A stretch of DNA of 40,391 nt from an uncultured Clostridiaceae bacterium (GCA_964455565.1 CAYVWT010000002.1:1-40391), one strand, 5' to 3'; shown: positions 11,698 to 20,124, numbered from the stretch's first letter. Made by a program: numbers and translations. The notes: generated by a model from the letters alone, not told the origin.

Positions 11698-12162
11698 TTA
11701 TAGTTTGTATCCTCTTTTTGCAAGCTGGGTTTCTAAATTAGTGTAAAGCTCCTTTGCACTACTGCTTAGAACCTCGAAATTTACATTTTGCAATTGTGCC
11801 AAGCTGTTTTTATATTGACCTAAATCAAATAGATTTTTAGCTTTTATTAAAAAATCCATTGTTTCAGTTGCTTTTTTTGAATCATCATTATCTTTAGTAA
11901 GAGCGACGATTTTTGTTTGTAGCTCTGAAATTTTTTCAGTTGAAGCCTTTGCTTCGTCAATTAGCTTTTGTTTTTCGTCAACAAGGTCGGTAACACTTTG
12001 CTGAATTGTTTGGTTAAAGACGTTTTCTTCTTGCTGAACAGTTTTAACAGCTTGGTTTGGAGCAAGCCGAGTTTGCGACAGGGTTGAAACTAAAATTAGT
12101 AAAAGTGCAACAGCAAACATTAAAACGCTATAAAACCAAATAAAACGAACTTTGTTTTTCAT
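11698..12162 (-). CDS. Hypothetical membrane-anchored coiled-coil protein (154 aa; start reassigned to ATG 12162)
   Basis: AGGAGG upstream of ATG 12162; hydrophobic N-terminal segment FIWFYSVLMFAVALLLILVS, Q/E/K-rich helical middle, TPR-like C-terminal helix pair. Confidence 0.75.
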   Translation of the reverse strand: MKNKVRFIWFYSVLMFAVALLLILVSTLSQTRLAPNQAVKTVQQEENVFNQTIQQSVTDLVDEKQKLIDEAKASTEKISELQTKIVALTKDNDDSKKATETMDFLIKAKNLFDLGQYKNSLAQLQNVNFEVLSSSAKELYTNLETQLAKRGYKL

Positions 12163-12187
12163 ATAGGTTGATTTTCCTCCTTTAAAA

Positions 12188-12203
12188 TGTTTCACGTGAA
12201 ACA
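12188..12203. promoter_or_regulatory. parS site (ParB/Spo0J binding)
   Basis: Perfect palindrome TGTTTCACGTGAAACA, the canonical parS consensus, 135 bp from parB. Confidence 0.93.
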
Positions 12204-12325
12204 AAACCCAATTTGCTAATATTTTGCCCTTAATTAAAAAATATATCCAAAATGACATATTACATTATGTAATGCCTGAAAATCCAGCACAAACCAATTT
12301 TGAGCACCCATATTTTTGTAAATAT

Positions 12326-12332
12326 TGTCGAA
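12326..12332 (+). promoter_or_regulatory. Candidate Spo0A box
   Basis: TGTCGAA (exact 0A-box consensus) just past the parB stop; a 7-mer can occur by chance. Confidence 0.35.
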
Positions 12333-12337
12333 TAATG

Positions 12338-13189
12338 CTATTTCTTCAATAAATTTAACAAACGTTCTAAATCATCATTAGAATAGTATTGAATTTCAAT
12401 TTTGCCCTTTCCTTTGTTGTGGTGAATTTTTACCTTTGTTCCAACCTGACGAGAAACGTCGTTTTCCAAATCTGAAAGGTAACGACCCAGCTCGGTGTCG
12501 GTTTTTGGCTTGTCGGTTTTTGGCTTGCCAAGCATTTTAACATAATTTTCTGTGTCACGAACACTCATGCCTTTTGAAACTATCAATTTTGCAAGCTCTA
12601 ATTGCTGTGCTTTTGATGAAAGCGATAGTATCGCTTTTGCGTGCCCACCCGAAATTTCACCCTTTTCAAGCATAGCTTGTATTTCTTTTGCAAGGTGTAA
12701 TAGGCGCAGAGCGTTTGCAACTGCACTTCTGCTTTTGCCAACTCTTTCGCTTATTTTTTCTTGTGTCATATTAAATTTTTCCATAAGTGAGTGATACCCC
12801 TGAGCTTCTTCTACTGGGTTTAAGTCCTCTCGCTGAAGGTTCTCGATCAGAGCAATCTCCATAACGGTCGTATCGTCATATTCACGAATAATAGCAGGAA
12901 TAACCTTAAGTCCTGCGTTTTTTGCCGCACGCCATCGTCTTTCCCCTGCAATAATTTGGTATCTATCGTCTTTTCTTACAACTAATATTGGTTGAATAAC
13001 ACCGTGAATTTTAATTGAGCTTGTTAGCGAGTCTAATTTTTGTATGTCAAACTGTTTACGTGGTTGATCCTTGTTTGGCTCTACATCAATAATTTTCAGT
13101 TCAACTGCTCCACTTGTTTCGACCTCTGACATACTGTAATCAGGGATTAATGCGCCAAGCCCTCTGCCTAAGCTACTTTTTTTAGTCAT
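12338..13189 (-). CDS. parB: Chromosome partitioning protein ParB/Spo0J
   Basis: LGRGLGALI, QPRKQF, IIAGERRWRA, ALIENLQREDLNPVEEA, GKSRSAVAN.LRLL. Confidence 0.97.
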   Translation of the reverse strand: MTKKSSLGRGLGALIPDYSMSEVETSGAVELKIIDVEPNKDQPRKQFDIQKLDSLTSSIKIHGVIQPILVVRKDDRYQIIAGERRWRAAKNAGLKVIPAIIREYDDTTVMEIALIENLQREDLNPVEEAQGYHSLMEKFNMTQEKISERVGKSRSAVANALRLLHLAKEIQAMLEKGEISGGHAKAILSLSSKAQQLELAKLIVSKGMSVRDTENYVKMLGKPKTDKPKTDTELGRYLSDLENDVSRQVGTKVKIHHNKGKGKIEIQYYSNDDLERLLNLLKK

Positions 13190-13227
13190 ACAATCACCTC
13201 TTTATTTATTATATAGTTAATTTCAAG

Positions 13228-13989
13228 TTATTTATTGTTATCAATAATTTCCTGTGCCAATGCCCTGTAACATTCTGCACCCTTGCTTGATGAATCGTGC
13301 ACGATTATCGGTTCGCCAAAGCTTGGAGCCTCGGAAAGCCTAACGTTTCTTGGAATAATGGTCGAACAAACCTTGCGAGGAAGCACCCTTTTAACCTCCT
13401 CTACAACCTCAATAGAAAGGTTTGTACGAGAGTCGAACATTGTAAGTAGTGCGCCCTCTATGTCAAGCTGTGGGTTTATGCTACGTCTAACCTGTTTTAT
13501 TGTGCTTGTAAGCTGTGACAATCCTTCAAGTGCGTAGTAGTCACATTGAATTGGAATAAGTATTGTATTTGCGGCGGCAAGCGCATTAAGTGTAATTAGG
13601 CTAAGTGATGGCGGACAGTCAATAAGCACAAAATCGTAGGAATTTTCCAGCCCAGAAAGAGCATCTTTAAGTCTAAATTCACGCCTCTCCATACCTACAA
13701 GCTCTATTTCAGCGCCTGAAAGCTGTATGTTTGAAGCGCAAATATCAAGGTTTTTCCACTTTGTAGGAGTTATAGCATCTTTAATTGGTGTAGAGTTTAT
13801 GAGCACATCATAAATTGAGTATTTAACCTTGTTTTTGTCGATTCCAAGACCACTTGTGGTATTGCCCTGTGGGTCGGTATCTATGACGAGTGTTCGTTTG
13901 CCCTTTTCAGCAAGGCAAGCACTTGCATTTACAGAGGTTGTCGTTTTACCCACTCCGCCTTTTTGGTTGGCAACTGCAATAATTTTCAT
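13228..13989 (-). CDS. parA: Chromosome partitioning ATPase ParA/Soj (likely start ATG 13989)
   Basis: ANQKGGVGKTT, DPQGN, IDCPPSL, IPRNVRLSEAPSFG; GGGGTG RBS before ATG 13989. Confidence 0.97.
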   Translation of the reverse strand: MKIIAVANQKGGVGKTTTSVNASACLAEKGKRTLVIDTDPQGNTTSGLGIDKNKVKYSIYDVLINSTPIKDAITPTKWKNLDICASNIQLSGAEIELVGMERREFRLKDALSGLENSYDFVLIDCPPSLSLITLNALAAANTILIPIQCDYYALEGLSQLTSTIKQVRRSINPQLDIEGALLTMFDSRTNLSIEVVEEVKRVLPRKVCSTIIPRNVRLSEAPSFGEPIIVHDSSSKGAECYRALAQEIIDNNK

Positions 13990-14011
13990 CTGTTCACCCC
14001 AATATAATTTC

Positions 14012-14047
14012 ATATTCTAATTATACCACATATAATTAGAATATCAA
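14012..14047 (-). promoter_or_regulatory. parAB SigA promoter overlapped by a 14-bp inverted repeat
   Basis: Minus TTGATA-16-TATAAT with TGn; inverted repeat ATATTCTAATTATA-ccaca-TATAATTAGAATAT at 14012-14044. Confidence 0.6.
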
Positions 14048-14055
14048 CATAAAAA

Positions 14056-14071
14056 TGTTCCACGTGGAACA
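14056..14071. promoter_or_regulatory. parS site
   Basis: TGTTCCACGTGGAACA, core of a 30-bp perfect palindrome 14049-14078, between the parA and rqcH promoters. Confidence 0.92.
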
Positions 14072-14085
14072 TTTTTATAAAAAGT

Positions 14086-14114
14086 TTGTAATTGTCACTG
14101 ATTTAGGGTATAAT
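14086..14114 (+). promoter_or_regulatory. SigA promoter of rqcH
   Basis: TTGTAA-17-TATAAT; GAGGTG RBS before ATG 14135. Confidence 0.65.
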
Positions 14115-14134
14115 ACTATACGAGGTGAACATAT

Positions 14135-15889
14135 ATGGCGTTTGACGGAGTAGCAATTTCTTGCTTAAAATACGAGCTACAAAACCTGCTAAAAGATGGC
14201 AGGGTTGATAAAATAGCACAGCCAGAGAAGGACGAAATATCAATTGTTATAAGGGCAGGGGGCAAAAATCAGCGTTTGTTAATCAGCGCAAGCTCATCAA
14301 GCCCACGAATACATTTGACAAGTAATCAAAAAGATAACCCGGAAAAAGCTCCAATGTTTTGTATGCTACTTAGAAAACACCTTTCAAGTGGGAAAATTGT
14401 AGATTTTAGCCAGCCAGAGTTTGAACGTGTGCTAAATATTCACATAGAAAGCCATGATGAATTAGGCGATTTATCAATAAAAACCTTGATTGTGGAGATT
14501 ATGGGCAGGCATAGCAATATAATTCTTGTGGATAGTGAGGATAAAATATTAGGCAGCATAAAGCACGTTGATTTTACCGTGTCAAGCGTGCGACAGGTTT
14601 TACCTGGCATGAGGTATGAAATGCCACCATCACAAAACAAGCTTAACCCTATGGAAACTCTTGCAAGTGAAATTCTGCCAGATATTCGCACATCGGTGCA
14701 AACTGCGGATAAATTTTTGTTAGATACCTTTACAGGTATAGGTCCACTTACTGCAAGGGAAATTGCATATTTAAGCCTGAGGGATCACTCGGCCGATTTA
14801 TCAACAATTTCAGACCTTAAAAAAGAGCTTTTTGCAAGGTTTGTGGCGTCATATTTTGAAAACATAAAAAAATGCAACTATTCGCCTGTTTTGCTTTATA
14901 AAAACGAAAAAAAGGTGTGGGATTTTAACGCCCTTGACATAACACAATACGAGGGAAAAGTGATAGTTAAAAAAAGAGATAGCCTAAACGAGGCACTTGA
15001 TGAATTCTACACAACGAGGGATTTGCAAGAGAGAATTAGCCAAAAAACAGCAGGATTACTTAAATTTGTGGATAATAACATACAGCGTTGCCAGAAAAAG
15101 CTTTCCCTGCAGCATCAAAAATTAAAGGACTGCGAGGACAAGGAAAAGGATAAAATGTTTGGGGATCTAATAATTTCTAACCTATATAAAATAGAAGAAA
15201 ATCAGAAAAGCGTAGAGATAGAGAATTACTATAATAATATGGAAAAGGTTAAAATAAACCTAAAACCAGAGCTCTCACCCTCGCAAAATGCTCAAAGGTA
15301 TTACATGCTTTACCAAAAAGCAAAGAATGCAGAGAAAATGACAGCTGAGCAGGTTGTTCTATCAAAGCAGGAGCTTGAATACTTAGAAAGCGTGCAGGAT
15401 AGCTTGCTTAGAAGCGAAAGTGAAAAGGATATAAACGAAATAAGAGATGAATTATATTCACAGGGCTACTTAGTCAAGAAAAAAACATCATCTAAAATTA
15501 GAAAAGCAGTAATCACACAGCCGCTTAAATTTGTAATAGGCGAGGGTGATGAGGCTTATGAGGTTTATGTAGGTAAGAATAATATTCAAAATGACACACT
15601 AACCCTTCGCAGCTCTAAGCCTAATGACCTGTGGTTTCATACTAAAAATATTCCTGGAAGCCATACTGTGATTAAAACGGATGGCAAAATGCCATCAGAA
15701 GATGTGATTGTTCAGGCGGCAAAAATATGTGCATATTTTAGTAAAGCAAAGAATTCTGCGAATGTTCCTGTCGATTATACTATTATTAAAAATGTTAAAA
15801 AGCCAAGTGGTGCAAAGCCTGGAATGGTAATATACGATAATTACAATACTGTAAATGTAATACCTACCCCTCCGCCGAAAAATAATTAA
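14135..15889 (+). CDS. rqcH: Ribosome quality control protein RqcH/Rqc2 (FbpA, NFACT family)
   Basis: MAFDG start, PMFCMLLRKHL, EIMGRHSN, NAQRYY..Y.K.K, VGKNN.QND.LT, WFHTKNIPGSH, KPSGAKPGMVIY. Confidence 0.95.
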   Translation: MAFDGVAISCLKYELQNLLKDGRVDKIAQPEKDEISIVIRAGGKNQRLLISASSSSPRIHLTSNQKDNPEKAPMFCMLLRKHLSSGKIVDFSQPEFERVLNIHIESHDELGDLSIKTLIVEIMGRHSNIILVDSEDKILGSIKHVDFTVSSVRQVLPGMRYEMPPSQNKLNPMETLASEILPDIRTSVQTADKFLLDTFTGIGPLTAREIAYLSLRDHSADLSTISDLKKELFARFVASYFENIKKCNYSPVLLYKNEKKVWDFNALDITQYEGKVIVKKRDSLNEALDEFYTTRDLQERISQKTAGLLKFVDNNIQRCQKKLSLQHQKLKDCEDKEKDKMFGDLIISNLYKIEENQKSVEIENYYNNMEKVKINLKPELSPSQNAQRYYMLYQKAKNAEKMTAEQVVLSKQELEYLESVQDSLLRSESEKDINEIRDELYSQGYLVKKKTSSKIRKAVITQPLKFVIGEGDEAYEVYVGKNNIQNDTLTLRSSKPNDLWFHTKNIPGSHTVIKTDGKMPSEDVIVQAAKICAYFSKAKNSANVPVDYTIIKNVKKPSGAKPGMVIYDNYNTVNVIPTPPPKNN

Positions 15890-16170
15890 AATAATTGCCC
15901 GTCCACAAAAGTGGCGGGTAAATTTATGCCATCTTTTAGCCCCTTGTGGTAGAAAAAATTTATAAGATGCTCAGCTTGGGCATTATCGGCACAAATAAAA
16001 TTATCAAATTCAACCCAATCTACATTCATCATTTTGCTTTTTAAATTCAAAAGAGCAACATTCTTGCTTTTAACAAGGCTTAAATAATCTTCACAATTGC
16101 CCAAGGACTTTTCCAATTCTATAATTCGTTTATCAATTATTTTAGATACATATTCATTAGATATTTGCAT
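15886..16170 (-). CDS. Hypothetical 94-aa protein divergent from the XRE/S24 repressor
   Basis: AGAGGG RBS and a near-consensus promoter upstream; helical protein with FFYHKGLKDG near the C-terminus; 4-nt stop overlap with rqcH. Confidence 0.7.
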   Translation of the reverse strand: MQISNEYVSKIIDKRIIELEKSLGNCEDYLSLVKSKNVALLNLKSKMMNVDWVEFDNFICADNAQAEHLINFFYHKGLKDGINLPATFVDGQLF

Positions 16171-16187
16171 AACATTACCCTCTTTCG

Positions 16188-16240
16188 TTCACGTATTGAA
16201 AACTATATACTAATTATACACCCAAAACGTGAAAAGTCAA
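16188..16240 (-). promoter_or_regulatory. Promoter of the 94-aa gene with two candidate operators
   Basis: Minus TTGACT-16-TATAAT (16240-16213); TTCA-CGTAT-TGAA at 16188-16200 and related CCCA-AAACG-TGAA at 16221-16233. Confidence 0.6.
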
Positions 16241-16331
16241 GCTAAAATTCTACAAAAATTTACAAAATTGTATAAAATGCTTTGTTTTTTTCACAAAATA
16301 GTATATAATACATTCAAAGGGGTGAATAAAT

Positions 16332-16964
16332 ATGGTTTTAGCACAAAGACTAAAACAATTAAGGTCAGAAAGTAAGCTAACTGCAACAGAGGTTGCTTCA
16401 AAATTAGGTGTAGCAAAATCAACAATTTCAAATTACGAAAAGGGAATACGAGAGCCTAACCTTACCACTCTAAATAGCTTAGCGAAAATGTACGGAACAA
16501 CTCTTGATGTTTTGTTAAATTTTAGTGGGGATGATGTTCCACCTAGCACTTCGGTTGTGCCAGTTGATGAAATATCGCAAATACCAATTTTGAGCGTCAT
16601 TCGTGCTAGCGAGCCAATCTATGCAGAGGAAAATGTGATGGGCTATACTGATTTAGGAAGTGAATATAAGGGTAAGGGCGATTACTTTGCAATATACGTT
16701 GAGGGCGATAGTATGAACAAAAGTAGAATTTATGAAGGAGATATGGTTATTGTTCGCAAGCAAGCAACAGTTGAGAACAACGAAATTGCTGTTGTATTAA
16801 TTGATGAAGAATGCTCCACAATTAAAAAAATTTTTCGTACAGAAAAAACCGTAACACTAATACCAAGTAGCACAAATACAAACCACAAACCAAGGCTTAT
16901 TGACCTTAAAACATCAAGCGTTAAAATATTGGGAAAAGTTATCGAGGTTAAAATTAAATTGTAA
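16332..16964 (+). CDS. XRE-family HTH + peptidase S24 (CI/LexA-like) repressor
   Basis: N-terminal HTH_3 (RLKQLR...VASKLGVAKSTISNYEKG.REP); C-terminal S24 domain with V.GDSM (Ser127) and TIKK (Lys165). Confidence 0.9.
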   Translation: MVLAQRLKQLRSESKLTATEVASKLGVAKSTISNYEKGIREPNLTTLNSLAKMYGTTLDVLLNFSGDDVPPSTSVVPVDEISQIPILSVIRASEPIYAEENVMGYTDLGSEYKGKGDYFAIYVEGDSMNKSRIYEGDMVIVRKQATVENNEIAVVLIDEECSTIKKIFRTEKTVTLIPSSTNTNHKPRLIDLKTSSVKILGKVIEVKIKL

Positions 16965-16993
16965 GCATTCCCCGATTTTTTAAAAAGTTTCAT

Positions 16994-17023
16994 GCACCTA
17001 TTTTTTATTGTTAGGGTATACTA
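16994..17023 (+). promoter_or_regulatory. Candidate SigF-type promoter of pdaA
   Basis: -10 GGGTATACTA fits GGnnAnAHTR; 15-nt spacer; weak -35 (GCACC vs GYATA). Confidence 0.4.
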
Positions 17024-17052
17024 AACAAATAAAAAATAAAGGGGTGCAAAAA

Positions 17053-17901
17053 ATGAAAAAATTATTTTTAATATTATTAGCGTTTCCACTTGTTATTATT
17101 ACTTCGTGTGTTAACCCAAATAATCCTATGATAGAGCAAAACCCAGATACGAATTATCCAAGTGACCAAAAAGTTATAATGCCCTCGCCTATGCAGGTGG
17201 TTCAGGGAACGGGCTATGATAATAAAACAATCTCTTGGGGCTTTAAAAAAATTAAAAATGCACAGCCCGAGGTTCCGCAGGGTTGGAAGGATATTTTGTC
17301 AAGGTTTGATGGTTATTATATAGGTGATACTTCAAAAAAAGTTCTGTATCTAACATTTGATGAGGGCTATGAAAATGGCTATACAGGCAAGATTTTAGAT
17401 ACCCTAAAAACAACATCAACGCCTGCTGCATTTTTCGTTACAGGCCCATATTTACAGCAAGAGACGGCGCTAATAAAAAGAATGGTTGACGAAGGGCATA
17501 TAGTTGGAAACCATACTATAAATCACCCAAGTATGCCATCCGTTACTGATGATGAGAAGCTAAAAAAAGAGCTAACTGGGTTAGATGAAAAGTTTTTTGC
17601 CCTAACACAAAAAAATATGAAATTTGTAAGGCCACCAATGGGTGAATTTAGCGAAAGAACGCTGGCACTTTCAAAAAATTTAGGTTATAAGACTATATTT
17701 TGGAGCAGTGCGTATGTGGATTGGAATGTTAAAGCCCAAAAATGTGCAGATTATGCATTTGAGCAGGTAACCAGTCAATTCCATAATGGGTGCATTATTC
17801 TACTTCACGCAGTATCCGAGGATAATATGGAAGCACTCCCAGAAATAATTAAAGATGCACGGTCAAAGGGATATACGTTTGAAAGCTTGAATGAATTATA
17901 A
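17053..17901 (+). CDS. pdaA: PdaA-like polysaccharide (N-acetylmuramic acid) deacetylase, lipoprotein (start reassigned to ATG 17053)
   Basis: YLTFDEGYENGYT..ILD.LK, GH.VGNHT.NHP, RPP.G.FSER, AYVDW, ILLHAVS.DN; signal peptide ending ITSC; AGGGGTG RBS. Confidence 0.87.
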   Translation: MKKLFLILLAFPLVIITSCVNPNNPMIEQNPDTNYPSDQKVIMPSPMQVVQGTGYDNKTISWGFKKIKNAQPEVPQGWKDILSRFDGYYIGDTSKKVLYLTFDEGYENGYTGKILDTLKTTSTPAAFFVTGPYLQQETALIKRMVDEGHIVGNHTINHPSMPSVTDDEKLKKELTGLDEKFFALTQKNMKFVRPPMGEFSERTLALSKNLGYKTIFWSSAYVDWNVKAQKCADYAFEQVTSQFHNGCIILLHAVSEDNMEALPEIIKDARSKGYTFESLNEL

Positions 17902-17940
17902 TATATGGGCAGAAATCACTCTATCAATAATATATTTACA

Positions 17941-17970
17941 GCATATTAAATGTCGAAAAAGGTTAATTTA
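17941..17970 (+). promoter_or_regulatory. SigF-type promoter of spoIVB with a Spo0A box in its spacer
   Basis: GCATA-15 nt-GGTTAATTTA; TGTCGAA at 17951-17957. Confidence 0.65.
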
Positions 17971-18005
17971 ATTCTGTAATCAATGTATTTTAGATAGGGG
18001 GGATT

Positions 18006-19169
18006 TTGGTGATAAGAAAAAATAGAAGGCTTTTGTTTGTTTTAACTGTTGCGACAATTTTTTCAATTCAAATATATAACTTAGCTCCACAGCATTTAAC
18101 CTTGCGTGATGGTGAAAATTATCCACTTCCACCATTTATAAGTGGTTTAAGGGATAACTCGGATACACAGCTAAAATTGTTTGGATTTGTTCCAATAAAA
18201 ACTGTCGAGGTAGATATTGTACCTAAAATTGATTTAATTCCATGCGGGAACACTGTTGGGGTTAAGATAAATATTGATGGAGTAATGATTGTTGGATTTT
18301 CTGAAATTCGTAGTATAGATGGAAAACGTCATAACCCTGCAAAGGACGGAGCGCTAAAAATTGGTGATGTTATAAAGAAAATAAATGGAAATTTTGTAGA
18401 AAATATTGACAATTTGTCAAAAATAGTAGAAAATGGTAATGGAGAGGATTTATCTGTTGAAGTTGCAAGGGGAAACGCCACTCAAACATTCCATATTAAG
18501 CCCGAATTAGCAAGAGAGGATAATATCTATAAAATAGGTGCATTTGTAAGGGATAGCACCTCTGGTATAGGAACTTTAACCTTTATAGAGCCAAAAAGCA
18601 AGGTTTTTGCCGCACTTGGGCACCCAATAGCCGATTCAGACACAGGTGGCATTATTACAGTTGGCAATGGTGAAATTCTTCGTTCTAATATTGTAGGTGT
18701 GCAAAAAGGTGCAAGAGGCTCACCTGGAGAGCTAAAAGGTGTTTTTAGCATAAGTCAAAAAATTGGCGATATTCTGCAAAATAACGAGGCAGGCATATAT
18801 GGAAAAATGAAAATTGTAAATTCCGAAAATAAACCAATGCCTATGGCTATGCGTTCACAAATTAAAGTTGGCAAGGCGTATATACTTTCAAATATTGAAA
18901 GCGATAAGGTTGGAAAATATGATATAGAAATCCAAAAGGTAATGCGAAATTCTTACGATAATAAAGGGATGGTAATTAAGGTAACAGACGAACGCCTTAT
19001 AAAAAAGACAGGTGGAATAGTGCAAGGTATGAGTGGTAGTCCTATAATACAAAATGAAAATATCGTTGGTGCTGTAACACATGTATTTGTAAATGACCCA
19101 ACAAAAGGATACGGAACATTTATCGAGTTAATGCTTGATAAAGCTATTAATATCGACAAAAGTGAGTAA
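18006..19169 (+). CDS. spoIVB: SpoIVB peptidase (PDZ + S55)
   Basis: KLFG..PIK.V, RDSTSGIGTLTF, FAALGHPI.D.DT, G.PGELKG, TGGIVQGMSGSPI, GAVTHVFVNDPT.GYG; upstream of spo0A. Confidence 0.96.
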   Translation: MVIRKNRRLLFVLTVATIFSIQIYNLAPQHLTLRDGENYPLPPFISGLRDNSDTQLKLFGFVPIKTVEVDIVPKIDLIPCGNTVGVKINIDGVMIVGFSEIRSIDGKRHNPAKDGALKIGDVIKKINGNFVENIDNLSKIVENGNGEDLSVEVARGNATQTFHIKPELAREDNIYKIGAFVRDSTSGIGTLTFIEPKSKVFAALGHPIADSDTGGIITVGNGEILRSNIVGVQKGARGSPGELKGVFSISQKIGDILQNNEAGIYGKMKIVNSENKPMPMAMRSQIKVGKAYILSNIESDKVGKYDIEIQKVMRNSYDNKGMVIKVTDERLIKKTGGIVQGMSGSPIIQNENIVGAVTHVFVNDPTKGYGTFIELMLDKAINIDKSE

Positions 19170-19174
19170 TAATG

Positions 19175-19218
19175 CTAATTTTCGTTTAAAATAGATAGCT
19201 ATTTTAAACGAAAATTAG
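19175..19218. repeat. Perfect 20-bp-arm hairpin between spoIVB and spo0A (terminator or palindromic element)
   Basis: CTAATTTTCGTTTAAAATAG-atag-CTATTTTAAACGAAAATTAG. Confidence 0.8.
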
Positions 19219-19267
19219 TATAAATAATACAATTGTAAAATAAATGGGGAAAATTAGCAAAAAACAC

Positions 19268-19296
19268 TTGTAAAATATTACCAACTAATGTATAAT
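19268..19296 (+). promoter_or_regulatory. SigA-type promoter of spo0A
   Basis: TTGTAA-17-TATAAT; GAGGAGG RBS before ATG 19339. Confidence 0.65.
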
Positions 19297-19338
19297 ATTG
19301 ACAGTTACTAAATACACATTACGAGGAGGACTTTTGAA

Positions 19339-20115
19339 ATGGGGAAAATAAGGTTAGCGTTGGCAGATGACAACAGAGAATTTTGTTCATTAGTTGTGGA
19401 TTATATATCTATGATTGATGACATTGAGCTTGTAGGTATAGCTAATGATGGACTTGTTGCGCTTGAGTTGGTTGAGCAAAAACAGCCAGATGTTTTGATT
19501 TTGGATAATGTAATGCCACAGCTTGATGGACTTGGAGTTCTTGCGAGGCTTCAAAATGTAACAGCTTTTAAAAGGCCAAAGGTTATAACAATAACCGCAA
19601 GCCTCACAGAGGACTTTATGATAAATGCATATAAATTAGGTGCAGATTATCAAATGTCTCGCAGAATTGACATCGAGGAAATAATTAAGCGTGTGCGTAT
19701 GATTATGGAAAAACCAAAACATCGCATTCCACAAAATCCTTCAATAAACAAAGGCACAATTGATGTTGAAACAACTGTAACATCAATAATACATGAGGTA
19801 GGCGTTCCTGCACATATTAAAGGATATGTTTATTTGCGTGAAGCAATAATGCTTGTGCTTAAAGATACAGATATGGTAAATTCCATTACCAAACAGCTAT
19901 ACCCATCTGTTGCAAAGACATATAATACCTCTGCAAGCAGGGTAGAGCGTGCAATTCGCCATGCGATTGAGGTTGCGTGGGATAGAGGCGACACAGATAC
20001 ACTAAATAAAATTTTCGGCTTTACTATAAACCAAGCAAAAGGCAAGCCAACAAATAGTGAATTTATAGCAATGATTGCAGATAAATTAAGATTAGAAATG
20101 AAATACGCAAATTAA
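19339..20115 (+). CDS. spo0A: Sporulation master regulator Spo0A (atypical receiver C-terminus)
   Basis: ADDNRE, D56 in LILD..MP.LDG; output domain [47 protein letters not shown]. Confidence 0.97.
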   Translation: MGKIRLALADDNREFCSLVVDYISMIDDIELVGIANDGLVALELVEQKQPDVLILDNVMPQLDGLGVLARLQNVTAFKRPKVITITASLTEDFMINAYKLGADYQMSRRIDIEEIIKRVRMIMEKPKHRIPQNPSINKGTIDVETTVTSIIHEVGVPAHIKGYVYLREAIMLVLKDTDMVNSITKQLYPSVAKTYNTSASRVERAIRHAIEVAWDRGDTDTLNKIFGFTINQAKGKPTNSEFIAMIADKLRLEMKYAN

Positions 20116-20124
20116 AACTATACT

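Noticed and set aside
11680-12337. T-box leader for serS
   Set aside because: Only 18 bp precede serS, and no T-box consensus or terminator is present upstream of the preceding gene
15889-15906. C-terminal VDGQLF of the 94-aa protein as a beta-clamp binding motif
   Set aside because: Does not fit QL[S/D]LF spacing; too weak
15886-16964. Intact prophage/ICE, or the canonical SOS lexA
   Set aside because: No integrase, att repeats or structural genes; the N-terminus is an XRE HTH, not the LexA winged helix
19246-19276. SigH promoter for spo0A
   Set aside because: Only GGGA...AAAT, mismatched in both core elements; not supportable
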